The translations under genes were made by a program, and so were the position numbers. From Candidatus Levybacteria bacterium RIFCSPHIGHO2_02_FULL_40_18 (GTDB taxonomy: Bacteria > Patescibacteriota > Microgenomatia > Levybacterales > GWA1-39-11), in contig MFOC01000002.1 in the NCBI GenBank assembly GCA_001782235.1, positions 106,912 through 170,911 of the forward strand: DNA of 64,000 bases. Direction: 5' to 3'. The notes under the pieces were generated by a model. That model made no database searches. It had not been told where the DNA came from and saw only the letters and a program-made list of their open reading frames with translations. Position 1 is the stretch's first letter. Each line of letters begins with the position of its first letter. Of this stretch, positions 27,539-37,999 are shown in pieces.

Positions 27539-29221
27539 TTAGTCTACATGCATAATATAGAAGACTTGCGAATTATCTACTCTTTTTACAGCATTCAATA
27601 ACTTGGCGCCTCGGATTTCCTTTTCACATAAGGAACTATTAACATATAGAATTCCCTTTCGCCCTGTGAGTTTATTTATTTTCTTATCAATTCTTAATGG
27701 ACATTCTTCTTCTGAGAATTCATATTTTGCGAAACTCACATGATCGGATTTTCTCATGTCCACATTTTTGGTTTCTTCTTGGAACTTTTTCGGATCATAA
27801 ATTGCGTAAAAAAGGAAGAAGGCTGTAGAGGCACTTTCTCGGCTAGTAATCACTGCTTTTTCATAATTGGGTAATAATTCGTTTACTTTTTTAACTAACT
27901 CTCGATAACCATCCTGTCTATACCAAGGTCTATAAACTTTGCCCTGCACGTGATACTGGATAAGATAATAAGCAAAGTTATAACTAGCAAATAGCAAATA
28001 ACCAATAGCTACTAGTCTCACTAACTTTATACTGAATACCCGATATTGGATATTCGATACTGATTGCCAAAGCCTCATTGCTCCGTACCCTGACAGTATT
28101 GAGAATGCAGGAACAGCGATAAGCGTTCTTTGGAGATTCGGAATGTCGTCGAATGTCAAGGCTGATCCAATAAAAGAGATGAGAATCCATCCCGAAAGAA
28201 AAACTCCAATTTTTAATTCCCTTTTATAAAGAGCGAACAAGGCAAAGAGCATAAGTGGTAGTTCGAATAAATAAAGTAGCCCAGCTTTTGGAATTCTGAA
28301 TCTATCTGGAAATCCTCCATCAGAAAAAAGAAAGTCGAAAGATAAATGTGCAAAGTAGTTATCAAGAAACAATGACGAAAACCCTATTAATTTATTATGA
28401 AAAATCCTTGATAAAGAGATCGGTAAACCCTGAATTGCGTCTATTGTCAACTGTTCTTGAATGACGAGTTTGGTTTCGGGGTGATTAAAAATACTCAAAG
28501 ATTGTATTCGCCATGAGAGGCTCGGAGAGAAAAGAATAAATAGAACTGGTAGAATAATTAAAATCGCATAAAGTAAAACTTGGAATTTTTCCTGAACCAA
28601 CTTTTTAAAACCTCCGAATGTTAATGCGATGTAGGGAAGGAAAGTCGGCAGGAATGCTCGTGGTGCTTGATAAACAAGAAAAGTGGCTGCAAAAGAAATG
28701 AATGACAAGGATAAAATGAGATTCTTCTTTCTCTCAATATATTTAAGATAAAGTAAAATTCCCAAAGATATAAAAAATACTACAATGGTGCTTTCGACTG
28801 CAACCCGAGATAAGTTAACGTGCCAAGGGGAAATTGCGAGAAGAAGAGAAGACAACAACGCAATTATCTGTTTATTTTTGTCTTTTTCAAATAGATGTAT
28901 CGCTATCAAAAAAACTAGTAATATCGTTAAAGATCCAAAAAGTGCCGACGCAAATCGAACAGCAAATTGATTTAATCCGAACAGATAAATAAATGGAATG
29001 GACAAATATGAATAGCCCGCGGGGCTAAAAAAGAACGACTCAAGATGTACCGGCAGAAAACTTCCGCTTATATCTCTTCCTGTTTCTAGAATCGAATAAG
29101 CATTATATCCTAGGAAAGCTTCATCGCGATGTAGCGATACGGGAATATCTCCAAGGGCAAAGAATCGAAGAAATGTTCCTAAAAGAAAAATGAGGAGCAG
29201 GAGAAAATATGGCCTTTTCAT
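27539..29221 (-). CDS. GT39/ArnT-like (PMT_2) membrane glycosyltransferase
   Basis: LHRDEAFLGYNAYSI..GRDISG; shares the ...NIQYRVFSIKLVRL block with its paralogs. Confidence 0.65.
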   Translation of the reverse strand: MKRPYFLLLLIFLLGTFLRFFALGDIPVSLHRDEAFLGYNAYSILETGRDISGSFLPVHLESFFFSPAGYSYLSIPFIYLFGLNQFAVRFASALFGSLTILLVFLIAIHLFEKDKNKQIIALLSSLLLAISPWHVNLSRVAVESTIVVFFISLGILLYLKYIERKKNLILSLSFISFAATFLVYQAPRAFLPTFLPYIALTFGGFKKLVQEKFQVLLYAILIILPVLFILFSPSLSWRIQSLSIFNHPETKLVIQEQLTIDAIQGLPISLSRIFHNKLIGFSSLFLDNYFAHLSFDFLFSDGGFPDRFRIPKAGLLYLFELPLMLFALFALYKRELKIGVFLSGWILISFIGSALTFDDIPNLQRTLIAVPAFSILSGYGAMRLWQSVSNIQYRVFSIKLVRLVAIGYLLFASYNFAYYLIQYHVQGKVYRPWYRQDGYRELVKKVNELLPNYEKAVITSRESASTAFFLFYAIYDPKKFQEETKNVDMRKSDHVSFAKYEFSEEECPLRIDKKINKLTGRKGILYVNSSLCEKEIRGAKLLNAVKRVDNSQVFYIMHVD

Positions 29222-30879
29222 ATCTTTCTTAATATTTTATCTGTTCTACTCCTGAAGGCAAACGTAGTAATAATAATCAATAGACCTGTTAAGTTTAGAA
29301 AATCGCTAGCAATTCTCGTGGGCGACTCACCAAAGCTTACTTTTATATTATGCGCACTTCTTGGAACGCTAAAAGTGATAAGCCCCCTGTAATTAGGGTC
29401 CTGAAATTGTATTGGGACTCTATCACCATCAACCATAACTTGCCATCCTGGAAAGTAAACTGTATTATCTACAATTTTTAAATCATTAGGGGCAATGACA
29501 TTAAATTCATGAACATTAGACTTTCTTTTTATCTCCCTTATCTCTCCCTCCCCCTCTATTACTTCATACGGAGCTTTCGCAGCTATGGAAAAGTCGCCTG
29601 CAGTCCAAATTGAACTTGCCGCACCATGATAATCTGTGGTCCCTTTATAAGATAAGTAAAAGGAATCGTCTTTTGCGTTGATAGGCTGAGTTTTTAAAAA
29701 AGAAAGAGAATAGACAAAAATTGCTGTAATTAAAATAACAATTATTTTTTTGTCGATAATTTCATTCAGGAAATACATGGCCAATATTATACTTGCAAAG
29801 CCTGATAAGCTTGTCATTCTCCAAGGGAACTGAAGGAAGCGAAAAAGGGGAGCTTTTTCCCATATTAAACTCGAGAAGTTTAGAGTCAAAAATATCGAAA
29901 ATACTAACACAGCTGTCCAAAAAAGAACCATCTTCTTTTCTTTAAATTTTTTAAAAAGTAGGGCGATTGATCCTATCGCAAGCGAAAGGTTTAAGATTCC
30001 TATTTGAGGGGAGAGACCTCCTGGTTTATTTACGTCCGGGCCAAATCCCCAGGGTGAATATGTTAATTGCTGAATGCTTGGGAAGTGATCTTTGAACATG
30101 TCACCTATAAAAAGTTCTCTATTTGTGTACCGCGACTCAATTAATGATGGGGCCCAAAAGAAGGCTGATAATATAAGACCCAATACGATAGGGGTTAATC
30201 CAAAAATTACATCTTTCAAATTACGTGAAAGTATAAATGCGTAAAGGAGAATAACCGGCGAAAACATTAAGCTAACTGCGTTATGAGAAAGTATAAGTAA
30301 AGCATAAGAAATACCAGCCAGAATTATAAAACCTGACGACTTAACTTCGATACTTTTTTTGATGAAAAGAAAAACCAATGGAACAATTCCCAATGCTACA
30401 AGTTCACCAATATCTCCCCTAACGTAAAGGTTTAAAAAATGATAAGGGGCAAGACCATATAATAATGCCCCCAGAAAAGCTGCTTCCCTGCGAACAAATT
30501 CTTTTGCCCACAAGAAAAAGGTTATAAAAGACAGTCCAAAAAACATACCTATTATTAATTTAAACGTTGCCTCAAAACTTAAACCTAGGGCATGAATCGG
30601 AATAGAAAGAAGACCCGGGAGGGGATAATAAAAAATAAAAACAGGCGAACCATAGCCATAGTTTAAATCGCCGGCCCATCGTAGAGGAAACTGTCCATCA
30701 AGAAAGGCCTTATAATAAGCAGCGAATCTTGCAACATGCGCTTCCCCATCATGAGACATGTAGAAATTATTAGAGAGCAATGGAAAAAGGAATACTATCG
30801 AAATTAAAATCAATAGGATTATCGGAAATAATTTATTTTTTACTAAGAGCTCCATGTGCGGGCTTGCCACCCGAAGCAT
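29218..30879 (-). CDS. HDGxxH...PRW-family polytopic membrane protein (paralog)
   Basis: MSHDGEAHVARF...PLRWAGDLNYGYGSPVFIFYYPLPG and C-terminal VYFPGWQVMVDG. Confidence 0.5.
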   Translation of the reverse strand: MLRVASPHMELLVKNKLFPIILLILISIVFLFPLLSNNFYMSHDGEAHVARFAAYYKAFLDGQFPLRWAGDLNYGYGSPVFIFYYPLPGLLSIPIHALGLSFEATFKLIIGMFFGLSFITFFLWAKEFVRREAAFLGALLYGLAPYHFLNLYVRGDIGELVALGIVPLVFLFIKKSIEVKSSGFIILAGISYALLILSHNAVSLMFSPVILLYAFILSRNLKDVIFGLTPIVLGLILSAFFWAPSLIESRYTNRELFIGDMFKDHFPSIQQLTYSPWGFGPDVNKPGGLSPQIGILNLSLAIGSIALLFKKFKEKKMVLFWTAVLVFSIFLTLNFSSLIWEKAPLFRFLQFPWRMTSLSGFASIILAMYFLNEIIDKKIIVILITAIFVYSLSFLKTQPINAKDDSFYLSYKGTTDYHGAASSIWTAGDFSIAAKAPYEVIEGEGEIREIKRKSNVHEFNVIAPNDLKIVDNTVYFPGWQVMVDGDRVPIQFQDPNYRGLITFSVPRSAHNIKVSFGESPTRIASDFLNLTGLLIIITTFAFRSRTDKILRKI

Positions 30880-32128
30880 AAACTGCGGGGGGCCAGAAAT
30901 AAGCCATAGTAATTAAGATCGAAATATATGCTATATGGCTATTATTAAAGTACCTTGAGAAATACCAAAAAACAAATAGAAAAATGGTATAAGCAAGGAT
31001 TAAAGTTTTAACCGAAAGGTTTTTTCTTAAATACTTAATAAGGAAAAACACTAATGGAATTCCTACCAACAACTGAAAGACTGCGAAAGGGAATTGATCA
31101 TTAATGTTCTTTATAAATCCGATTTGATTTAAGAGCATTCCTAATCCGTAGCCGGAGATCGGATAGGCGTGTTCTGTGTTGCCTGAGAGGTAAAGAATGG
31201 TACTGTCAATAAATGCTTTTGGATTCCAAAAAAAGAAAGGAAGAATAATTATTCCAAAAATTGCTGCGAACAACCCCATGGATTTAAAAACTTTTGTTTT
31301 GTCTTTTTCCTTGAACCATAAATAAGCAAAATAGAATGGGAATAGTGGCCATGCGGACTGTTTGACGGCGAAAGCTGCTGCCATAAAAGCTGATGAAGTG
31401 AAGATCCGATTTTTAAATAAAAAGAAAAGCGCCGGAAACAAAAACCCTAACATGAAAAAATCGGACCTTCCCTCAATTGCGTAAGGCAGCATCGCAGGAT
31501 TAAATGCAAGAAGAAGCAAAAATGACCTTTTCTTTTCTCCGTCTTTTACAAGCAAATGCGAGGAGAGAAGTGTTACAAAAAATAAAAACATCAGGGGAAT
31601 TCGCCCGTCAAAATATCCAATTGTTCTTCCGCTTATCGCATAAAAAGGTACTGCAAATAAAGTATAAAAGGGCTGCATAACATAATGGTAAAGCGCAGGA
31701 TTTTTTTCGGTTGTCGAATAATTCCATTCCTCAAGCGGCGTGCCAAAATAATCTTCTTCGTAAGGATTCTTACCGACTAAAAAATATCGAATCGCAATTT
31801 CCTGCTGCAAAACTATATCGTGAATTCTAAATATTGGAAGACTTTCATGCCTCAGGACGATCTCCGATATGAATGCGCCGGAAATAATCGAAACAATAAG
31901 CGCCCACAAAATAATATTTTTTGAGTTTTCATAAATTTTATTTGGGACTTTTTTAAGATCAAAAAAAACAAAAGAAAGAAGCCCAATGAAGATCAAAGCG
32001 AAAAACCAATAGGGGGTGGCCCTTGGCCAAATCCCGTGTGAAAGAATAAATGGCACAATTAGAACAAATGCGAGAATTGTATCTAGTCTAATTGACATTT
32101 CTTTTTCGCAAATAAATAAATCCGGCAA
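30833..32128 (-). CDS. polytopic membrane protein, possible GT-C/mannosyltransferase-like
   Basis: 431 aa and about 11 TM segments. The start is probably the internal Met near 32098. Confidence 0.4.
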   Translation of the reverse strand: MPDLFICEKEMSIRLDTILAFVLIVPFILSHGIWPRATPYWFFALIFIGLLSFVFFDLKKVPNKIYENSKNIILWALIVSIISGAFISEIVLRHESLPIFRIHDIVLQQEIAIRYFLVGKNPYEEDYFGTPLEEWNYSTTEKNPALYHYVMQPFYTLFAVPFYAISGRTIGYFDGRIPLMFLFFVTLLSSHLLVKDGEKKRSFLLLLAFNPAMLPYAIEGRSDFFMLGFLFPALFFLFKNRIFTSSAFMAAAFAVKQSAWPLFPFYFAYLWFKEKDKTKVFKSMGLFAAIFGIIILPFFFWNPKAFIDSTILYLSGNTEHAYPISGYGLGMLLNQIGFIKNINDQFPFAVFQLLVGIPLVFFLIKYLRKNLSVKTLILAYTIFLFVFWYFSRYFNNSHIAYISILITMAYFWPPAVYASGGKPAHGALSKK

Positions 32129-34481
32129 TTAATAAGCTTACTCCCGTTATAAGTATACCAGCATGAAATGAAGGTGGAAGATAGTAAAATATTATCCTAC
32201 TTCTGCCGGAGGGGACGACTACACCTCGAAGTGCATAATTTACTCTATAAATTTTTGTTTCGACATTATTGATATTTGCTTTCCAGCCCGGATAAAAACT
32301 GTCCGAGAGAATTAAAATTTTAGGTTCGGCAGTTTCCGCTTCTACGATCACCTTATTAGGCTCGTAGGAAATTATTCGAGCGCTTGCCTGAATCTCATTT
32401 TCTTTAACCGGTAACGCTTCTGAGGAAATTACCGTGGTTCTTAAATCTATGTTCTTATCATATATTTCTTCGAGCGCTACCCTTTTGTCTATCCTTAGAA
32501 CAAATCTATCGGCAAAATACACTCTTGGGAATACCTTTCTGTTCTCAAAAACTATGAAATTATCTTTATCCCACACTTTTTTGAAACGTAATGGATCTAA
32601 TCTTCTTTCTTCGATTTTTGAGATCTCTCCCTTTTCAAACCCAATATATTTAACTCCTAACATGTCCATAATTCTGTATCTTGGGTCATTAACGTCTTCA
32701 AATGGAAATTCTGTGACAGCATAAATCAATGCGTCCGATCTTGAAAACGCACCTTCATATTTTCCTTTTCTTCCCGAAGATAAAAGTTCGTTATAGTACG
32801 CTATGTTAACAGGATCATATCCTTCCGGGGAATAGATTTTATAAACCGTAGCAAAATTATTGGGCAAATTTGCAGATCCATAACCCCAATAACGGTAAAA
32901 ACCTTGATTATCTTTTACAAAATCAATTAATGGGTGTGTAGGATAAAGAAATTTATTATCGGAAAATGATATATATTTATTTATAAATAAGAAAGAGCTT
33001 AAAACCAAAAAAGCAATCAGAACAAATCCTAAATTCTTTCTCTTTTTTAATAAAAATTGTCCCACAACTAGGATGGCCATCGATGATGCCGTAAAGAATG
33101 AAGGTATAACTAAATTTCTTGCAGAAATAATGTACCATTTGTCAGGCAATGCGCTAATTTTAAGATTATTTAAGATACTATAAACGACAAAAGAACCAAC
33201 AATCACAAAGATCGAAACTATTGGGATAAGAGCAAGAAAAGTTTTCTTCTTATTTTTTTCATTGAGCCACCACTCGATGCCTATTGCTGAAAGAACCGAT
33301 ATCGCAAAGCTTGTTACAAAAATTACCCTTATAGGAATCGAACTTGATAAGAATGGGACCGAGAGATCATAAACGAGTCTTGATGTTGGCAAATTAAATG
33401 TGAGAGACAAGGAAATTAAAGTTGCGGCAGCAAAGAAGATTACTAAACTGCGGTATTTTTTAATCCAAAAAGAGAGGCCCGCAAGAACTAGGGGAATAAT
33501 TCCGACATAAATCATATTCTCGTAGTACTGCCCGGGCCGAGTAATAAACCAATTTTGAGTGACAATATTTCCAAAAAAATCAGGAACAAACAAAGTCACT
33601 ATATTGGTTAGCGGAAGAAGAAATGAAACATTTAGATCATGTAGCTGGACCTGGCTTCTAGGTGAAAGTAGATATGCTTCAATTGCCGGAACCAATTGAA
33701 CCGCCGATACTCCAAACCCCAGCACGAATCCAAAAAATACCTTAAAAACTATTTTAAGTTCTTTTTTCTTCTCAATTAAAATTCGAAATATGAAATAAAT
33801 AAGGGATATAAGAAGAAGATAAATTGTCGGTTGAATATAGCCTGCCATGATTGACATCGCAATTGAAAAACCGAGCAATAGCACAAACTGCATTTTGCCT
33901 TCCCGAATTATTTTTTCAATAGAAAAAAGCGCAAGCGGAAACCACAAAAAGGCATGGGCAGACTGCCAAATTTCAGCATCCCAGATCTGCATGGTAGCAG
34001 AAAGCGCAAAAGCAAAAGCTCCAAAATATGAGGAGATTTCGCTTAATTTAAGAGCTTTAAGGTAAAGGTAGGTGAAAAAACCTGCAAGGACAGATGCACT
34101 TAATTTTAAAAGTATTAAGACAAAAGGCTTATTTAAGATAAGTATAGAAAGATGAAGCGGATAAAATACGCCGCTTGCCCAATTTCCAATGTGTGAATAT
34201 CCTGAAAAGTTATAAGGATTCCACAGCGGAATTTGTCCTGATCGAAAAGAATTGTAAGTAAAATCAAGCAAGGGATAGAATTCGCGGACTTCATCCACGC
34301 CCATGAATTTAAACGGTATGCCCGCGGGGAATTCAGTCCATTTCAAGAAATTCAATGGGGGCCATAAACCAACCAGAAGATTTCCATTAAAAGGAATTTC
34401 CCCAAGTAGTATTGGGTAATAAATAATTAATGCGACAACGAGAAATACAAAAATGGGAATTACATTAATTTTTCTACCCAT
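32088..34481 (-). CDS. YfhO-family GT-C membrane glycosyltransferase
   Basis: 797 aa; IPLWNPYNFSGYSHIGNWASGVFYPL and C-terminal SDSFYPGWKANINN...NYALRGVVVP blocks shared with 38000 and 42623. Confidence 0.65.
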   Translation of the reverse strand: MGRKINVIPIFVFLVVALIIYYPILLGEIPFNGNLLVGLWPPLNFLKWTEFPAGIPFKFMGVDEVREFYPLLDFTYNSFRSGQIPLWNPYNFSGYSHIGNWASGVFYPLHLSILILNKPFVLILLKLSASVLAGFFTYLYLKALKLSEISSYFGAFAFALSATMQIWDAEIWQSAHAFLWFPLALFSIEKIIREGKMQFVLLLGFSIAMSIMAGYIQPTIYLLLISLIYFIFRILIEKKKELKIVFKVFFGFVLGFGVSAVQLVPAIEAYLLSPRSQVQLHDLNVSFLLPLTNIVTLFVPDFFGNIVTQNWFITRPGQYYENMIYVGIIPLVLAGLSFWIKKYRSLVIFFAAATLISLSLTFNLPTSRLVYDLSVPFLSSSIPIRVIFVTSFAISVLSAIGIEWWLNEKNKKKTFLALIPIVSIFVIVGSFVVYSILNNLKISALPDKWYIISARNLVIPSFFTASSMAILVVGQFLLKKRKNLGFVLIAFLVLSSFLFINKYISFSDNKFLYPTHPLIDFVKDNQGFYRYWGYGSANLPNNFATVYKIYSPEGYDPVNIAYYNELLSSGRKGKYEGAFSRSDALIYAVTEFPFEDVNDPRYRIMDMLGVKYIGFEKGEISKIEERRLDPLRFKKVWDKDNFIVFENRKVFPRVYFADRFVLRIDKRVALEEIYDKNIDLRTTVISSEALPVKENEIQASARIISYEPNKVIVEAETAEPKILILSDSFYPGWKANINNVETKIYRVNYALRGVVVPSGRSRIIFYYLPPSFHAGILITGVSLLIAGFIYLRKRNVN

Positions 34482-35533
34482 GTAGATGGCGTTTCGTCTG
34501 TCACTATTTCAAGATCATCAAGATAGCGAAACTTTTGAGGCCCAAGTTTCTTTGCCCAGGCAACCATTTTCTTAATGCCCTCCGCAAGGTCTACACTAGT
34601 TTGATATCCCAGGATTTTTTTTGCTTTATCTGCTGTACACCAAGCATTTAAAACTTCGAGTGGCCTCATAGGAAGATATTTTGGCGCAAGATGGGAGGGC
34701 ACGTTGCCGTCGGGGAAAAATTCTTTCAAAACAATATCGGCAAGCTCGTTAATAGTGTACTCTTTTGTTGGGCCAATATTGAAAATCTCGCCTTCTACTT
34801 CCGGAAGAATTGCTGCTTTTATTATATATGGAGTAAAATCATCAATATAAGAAAAGGCTCTTTTTTGAGCTCCGTCTCCGTAAATATAAAAATTTTTATT
34901 ATTTAAAAGACAATTTATAAAAATTCCAACAACATTTCTGTAGGGATCGGAGAGATTTTGCCCCGGTCCGTAAACGTTATGAGGGCGCATTATTACATAT
35001 TTGAATTTATGCACGTCTGATAATATTTTCGTTGCTTTTTCCATTGCGGCTTTTGAAACCCCATAAATATCATCCGGCGCGGTCGGCATAGTCTCATCAA
35101 AGGGCGGCGTCTGAGAACCGTAAACACTCATTGAGGATGTTAAAATCATTTTTTCAAGCCCATTTTTAATTGCAGGCACCAAAACGTATAGGTAGGCAAA
35201 ATAGTTCCTTTCGGTACACGATATTGGAGTAAATTGGCTTCTACCTTCAGTTGCGTCAGCTGCCAAATGAAACACTATTTTCGGTTTAACTTCGTTAATA
35301 TAATCACGAGTCTTATTTTTTTCTCTTAAATCAAGCTGGGTGAATTTACTTTTAGGATTGATATTTGATTCGTAGCCTCCTGATAAATCATCGACTCCGT
35401 AAACTTCTAAGCATCCTTGTTCAATAAGACCATCTACAAGATGGCTCCCCATAAATCCCGCAGCTCCTGTCACAAGAATTCTTTTACTTTTGTCCATATT
35501 TTTGATTGTAATATAATACAGGTAGGTAATCAA
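34460..35533 (-). CDS. NAD-dependent epimerase/dehydratase (nucleotide-sugar)
   Basis: ILVTGAAGFMGSHLV and YGVSKAAMEK. The start is probably Met13 (MDKSKR, ~35497). Confidence 0.75.
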   Translation of the reverse strand: MITYLYYITIKNMDKSKRILVTGAAGFMGSHLVDGLIEQGCLEVYGVDDLSGGYESNINPKSKFTQLDLREKNKTRDYINEVKPKIVFHLAADATEGRSQFTPISCTERNYFAYLYVLVPAIKNGLEKMILTSSMSVYGSQTPPFDETMPTAPDDIYGVSKAAMEKATKILSDVHKFKYVIMRPHNVYGPGQNLSDPYRNVVGIFINCLLNNKNFYIYGDGAQKRAFSYIDDFTPYIIKAAILPEVEGEIFNIGPTKEYTINELADIVLKEFFPDGNVPSHLAPKYLPMRPLEVLNAWCTADKAKKILGYQTSVDLAEGIKKMVAWAKKLGPQKFRYLDDLEIVTDETPSTWVEKLM

Positions 35534-35538
35534 TTATT

Positions 35539-36255
35539 ATGTATAAAGGCAAAAGGGTCAGTTTAGTATTCCCAGCCTACAATGAAGGGAAGAACATCGA
35601 AGCGGCGATAAAGGATTTTCAATCTATAAAATTTGTGGATGAAATAGTAGTAGTTGATAACAATTCGCGTGATAAAACTCCTGAGATTGCAAAAAAAGCG
35701 GGAACTCTTGTTGTTCTTGAAAAAAATCAAGGATATGGATTTGCGCTAAGACGAGGAATGAAAGAGGCCACGGGCGACTTAATAGTTCTTTGTGAACCTG
35801 ATGCAACATTTTCAGCAGAAGACCTCCCAAGATTTCTATCCTTAACCGATAAGTTTGATCTTGTGACGGGTACGCGAACAAACAAGCGATATATTCGCAG
35901 TGGAGCAAATATGGGATTTTTTTTACGAGTTGGGAATATATCGGTAGCAAAATTTATGCAATTGCTTTACGGATTAAATAATGTATCCGACTGCGGGTGC
36001 ACTTTTCGCGTCTTCAAGAAATCTTTAGTCGAAAAAATTATCCCTCATCTAAGTGTTGGCGGCTCTCATTTTTTACCTGAGACGGTCGTATTGTCAAAAC
36101 TTGCGGGCGGAAAGATTATTGAAATTCCTGTTCATTACGGCCCAAGAATCGGCGAATCAAAAATAACCGGCTCCTTTAGGAGGTCCGTTAAGGTAGGCCT
36201 AAACATGCTCGGCACCATTCTAAAGAATAAAATAAATCCACCGAAACTGATGTGA
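35539..36255 (+). CDS. GT2 polyprenyl-phosphate sugar synthase-like glycosyltransferase (DPM1/GtrB/CsbB-like)
   Basis: VSLVFPAYNEGKNI...VVVDNNSRDKT...GYGFALRRG...LCEPDATF; 238 aa. Confidence 0.75.
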   Translation: MYKGKRVSLVFPAYNEGKNIEAAIKDFQSIKFVDEIVVVDNNSRDKTPEIAKKAGTLVVLEKNQGYGFALRRGMKEATGDLIVLCEPDATFSAEDLPRFLSLTDKFDLVTGTRTNKRYIRSGANMGFFLRVGNISVAKFMQLLYGLNNVSDCGCTFRVFKKSLVEKIIPHLSVGGSHFLPETVVLSKLAGGKIIEIPVHYGPRIGESKITGSFRRSVKVGLNMLGTILKNKINPPKLM

Positions 36256-36362
36256 GAGGTTAGACATGAGAAGCTGGATATTGACGTGGGAAGTGTGATC
36301 GTTAAATCTCACATCGCACCTCATAATCTAGCTTCAAACTTCTCGTTTCTCACCTCATGTAA

Positions 36363-37073
36363 TTAGTCTGTGAATCGATACTTTATTAATGTCCAGAGGG
36401 CGATTGTTCCGTCACGAATTGTATTTAGTTTTTTTCCTTCCTCATATCCTCTTGGTTTGGTTTTTATAGGAATCTCGCGAATCTTAAAACCCCTCTTTAA
36501 TAATTTCGAAGTAATCTCTGGCTCAAAATCAAATCTTTTGGATCGAAGCTCTATACCCTTCACCACTGATCTTGGAAAAAGCTTGTAGCAAGTCTCCATA
36601 TCGGTAATCCACTGCCCGTATAGAACACTTGTAACAAGACTTAAAAATCGATTTCCAAAATAATGTAGCAGGAACTGGAGCCTTCTCTCTTCATCGCCAA
36701 GATGAGGCATTCTAGCAAGTCTTGTACCATATATTACATCTTTATTTCCTTTGAGCTCGGAAACTAGCATTGGTATATCATTTACATCATACTCAAGGTC
36801 CGCATCTTGAATTATTATGTAATCTCCTGTCGCTTTTTCGATACCGGTACAAACCGCAGCTCCCTTCCCCATATTTTTTGGGTGCTTTATAAACTTAAAG
36901 TCTTTCTTAGGTCGTAAGTCTCCAATCTTAGAAACTGTATTATCCGTCGAACAGTCGTCAACAACTATTACTTCTTTTTCTACGCTGGGAATTTTAAGAT
37001 TCGAAACTTTGTCCAAAACTTGCGCAATAGTTTTCTCTTCATTAAAAACGGGAATAATAATTGATAACTTCAT
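36363..37073 (-). CDS. GT2 polyprenyl-phosphate sugar synthase-like glycosyltransferase (GtrB/CsbB-like)
   Basis: LSIIIPVFNEEKTI...VIVVDDCSTDNT...GKGAAVCTG...IQDADLEYD. Confidence 0.75.
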   Translation of the reverse strand: MKLSIIIPVFNEEKTIAQVLDKVSNLKIPSVEKEVIVVDDCSTDNTVSKIGDLRPKKDFKFIKHPKNMGKGAAVCTGIEKATGDYIIIQDADLEYDVNDIPMLVSELKGNKDVIYGTRLARMPHLGDEERRLQFLLHYFGNRFLSLVTSVLYGQWITDMETCYKLFPRSVVKGIELRSKRFDFEPEITSKLLKRGFKIREIPIKTKPRGYEEGKKLNTIRDGTIALWTLIKYRFTD

Positions 37074-37997
37074 TTAGCGAAAAAGTGCGGAATCGGACAT
37101 TTTGTAAAGTTTTCCCTGTTTAAACCTTCGCAAGATTATAATCGGAAATCGCAGGAGCGCAAAGATAAAACCTGAGATAAACGGAGCGTCTAGTTTTAAA
37201 ATTGACATTAATAAATGATAAGGAAGCCAAAAAAGATGTGAAACTATTAATTTTAAATCAGTTATATTTTTCCAAACAAAAATGAATTGGTTCCGATATG
37301 CAACTGTTTTTATATGAGCATCCGTGAAGTGTTTTTTAATAGCTCCTTCTGCATGCTTATGAACAACAATACTGTCGGGTTCGAATTTAATTTTATAACC
37401 TGATTTTTTGGCACGATATGAAAGATCTATATCCTCCCAATAAAAAGGGCCATAAAGAGTATCAAATCCTGAAAGTTTCTCAAATAGATCTCGTCTAACT
37501 ATGCTACTTCCGCCAGATATCCAAAATGTATCTGTCTTATCAACTTCTCCACGTTTATGGACTAAAAATCCCTTTTCCCAGTTTGCAAGACCTCTGCCGC
37601 GAAGAACAGTTTTCCCGTCTTCAATACTCCTATCCAGGAAGCCTACGCCGAATAAATTATCATCCGATTCTAAATCTTTTATTGCTGCTTCTAAAAAATT
37701 TTTCTCAGGCTTAACATCTGTATTAATCAACGCAACAAGATCTGCTTTCGATTGAGCTACTCCTCTATTAACAGTTGACGAAAAACCTAGATTTTTCTTG
37801 TTTCGAAGTAAAATAATAGATCCATTCGAAAGACTTTTTATAAAAGCCTCAAGGGCTTCAAATTCATTATGGTCCGAACCATCATCAACGACAATTACTA
37901 AACCTTTATATCTTTCAATTTCCTCTATCGTCCTGGGCAAGTTTTCTTTCAAAAGTGCCAGACCATTGTAGTTAGGAATTACTATATCAATTGTCAT
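37074..37997 (-). CDS. GT2-family glycosyltransferase
   Basis: IDIVIPNYNG...VIVVDDGSDHNE...NLGFSSTVNRG...YWEDIDLSYR. Confidence 0.7.
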   Translation of the reverse strand: MTIDIVIPNYNGLALLKENLPRTIEEIERYKGLVIVVDDGSDHNEFEALEAFIKSLSNGSIILLRNKKNLGFSSTVNRGVAQSKADLVALINTDVKPEKNFLEAAIKDLESDDNLFGVGFLDRSIEDGKTVLRGRGLANWEKGFLVHKRGEVDKTDTFWISGGSSIVRRDLFEKLSGFDTLYGPFYWEDIDLSYRAKKSGYKIKFEPDSIVVHKHAEGAIKKHFTDAHIKTVAYRNQFIFVWKNITDLKLIVSHLFWLPYHLLMSILKLDAPFISGFIFALLRFPIIILRRFKQGKLYKMSDSALFR

Positions 37998-37999
37998 AA

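Noticed and set aside
22224-28063. TACTGAA/TACTCGA tandem heptamers in three loci, checked as a possible CRISPR-like or satellite array
   Set aside because: They lie inside intact GT39 ORFs and encode a conserved SIQYxVFSI block. There are no spacers and no cas genes. They are coding periodicity, not an array.
36256-36362. Scattered short inverted repeats (GATGTGAG...CTCACATC, TGTGA...TCACA) in the convergent spacer between two GT2 genes
   Set aside because: Stems are short and AT-rich, with no clear single hairpin or T-run. Probably a weak bidirectional terminator region, not distinctive enough to report as a finding.
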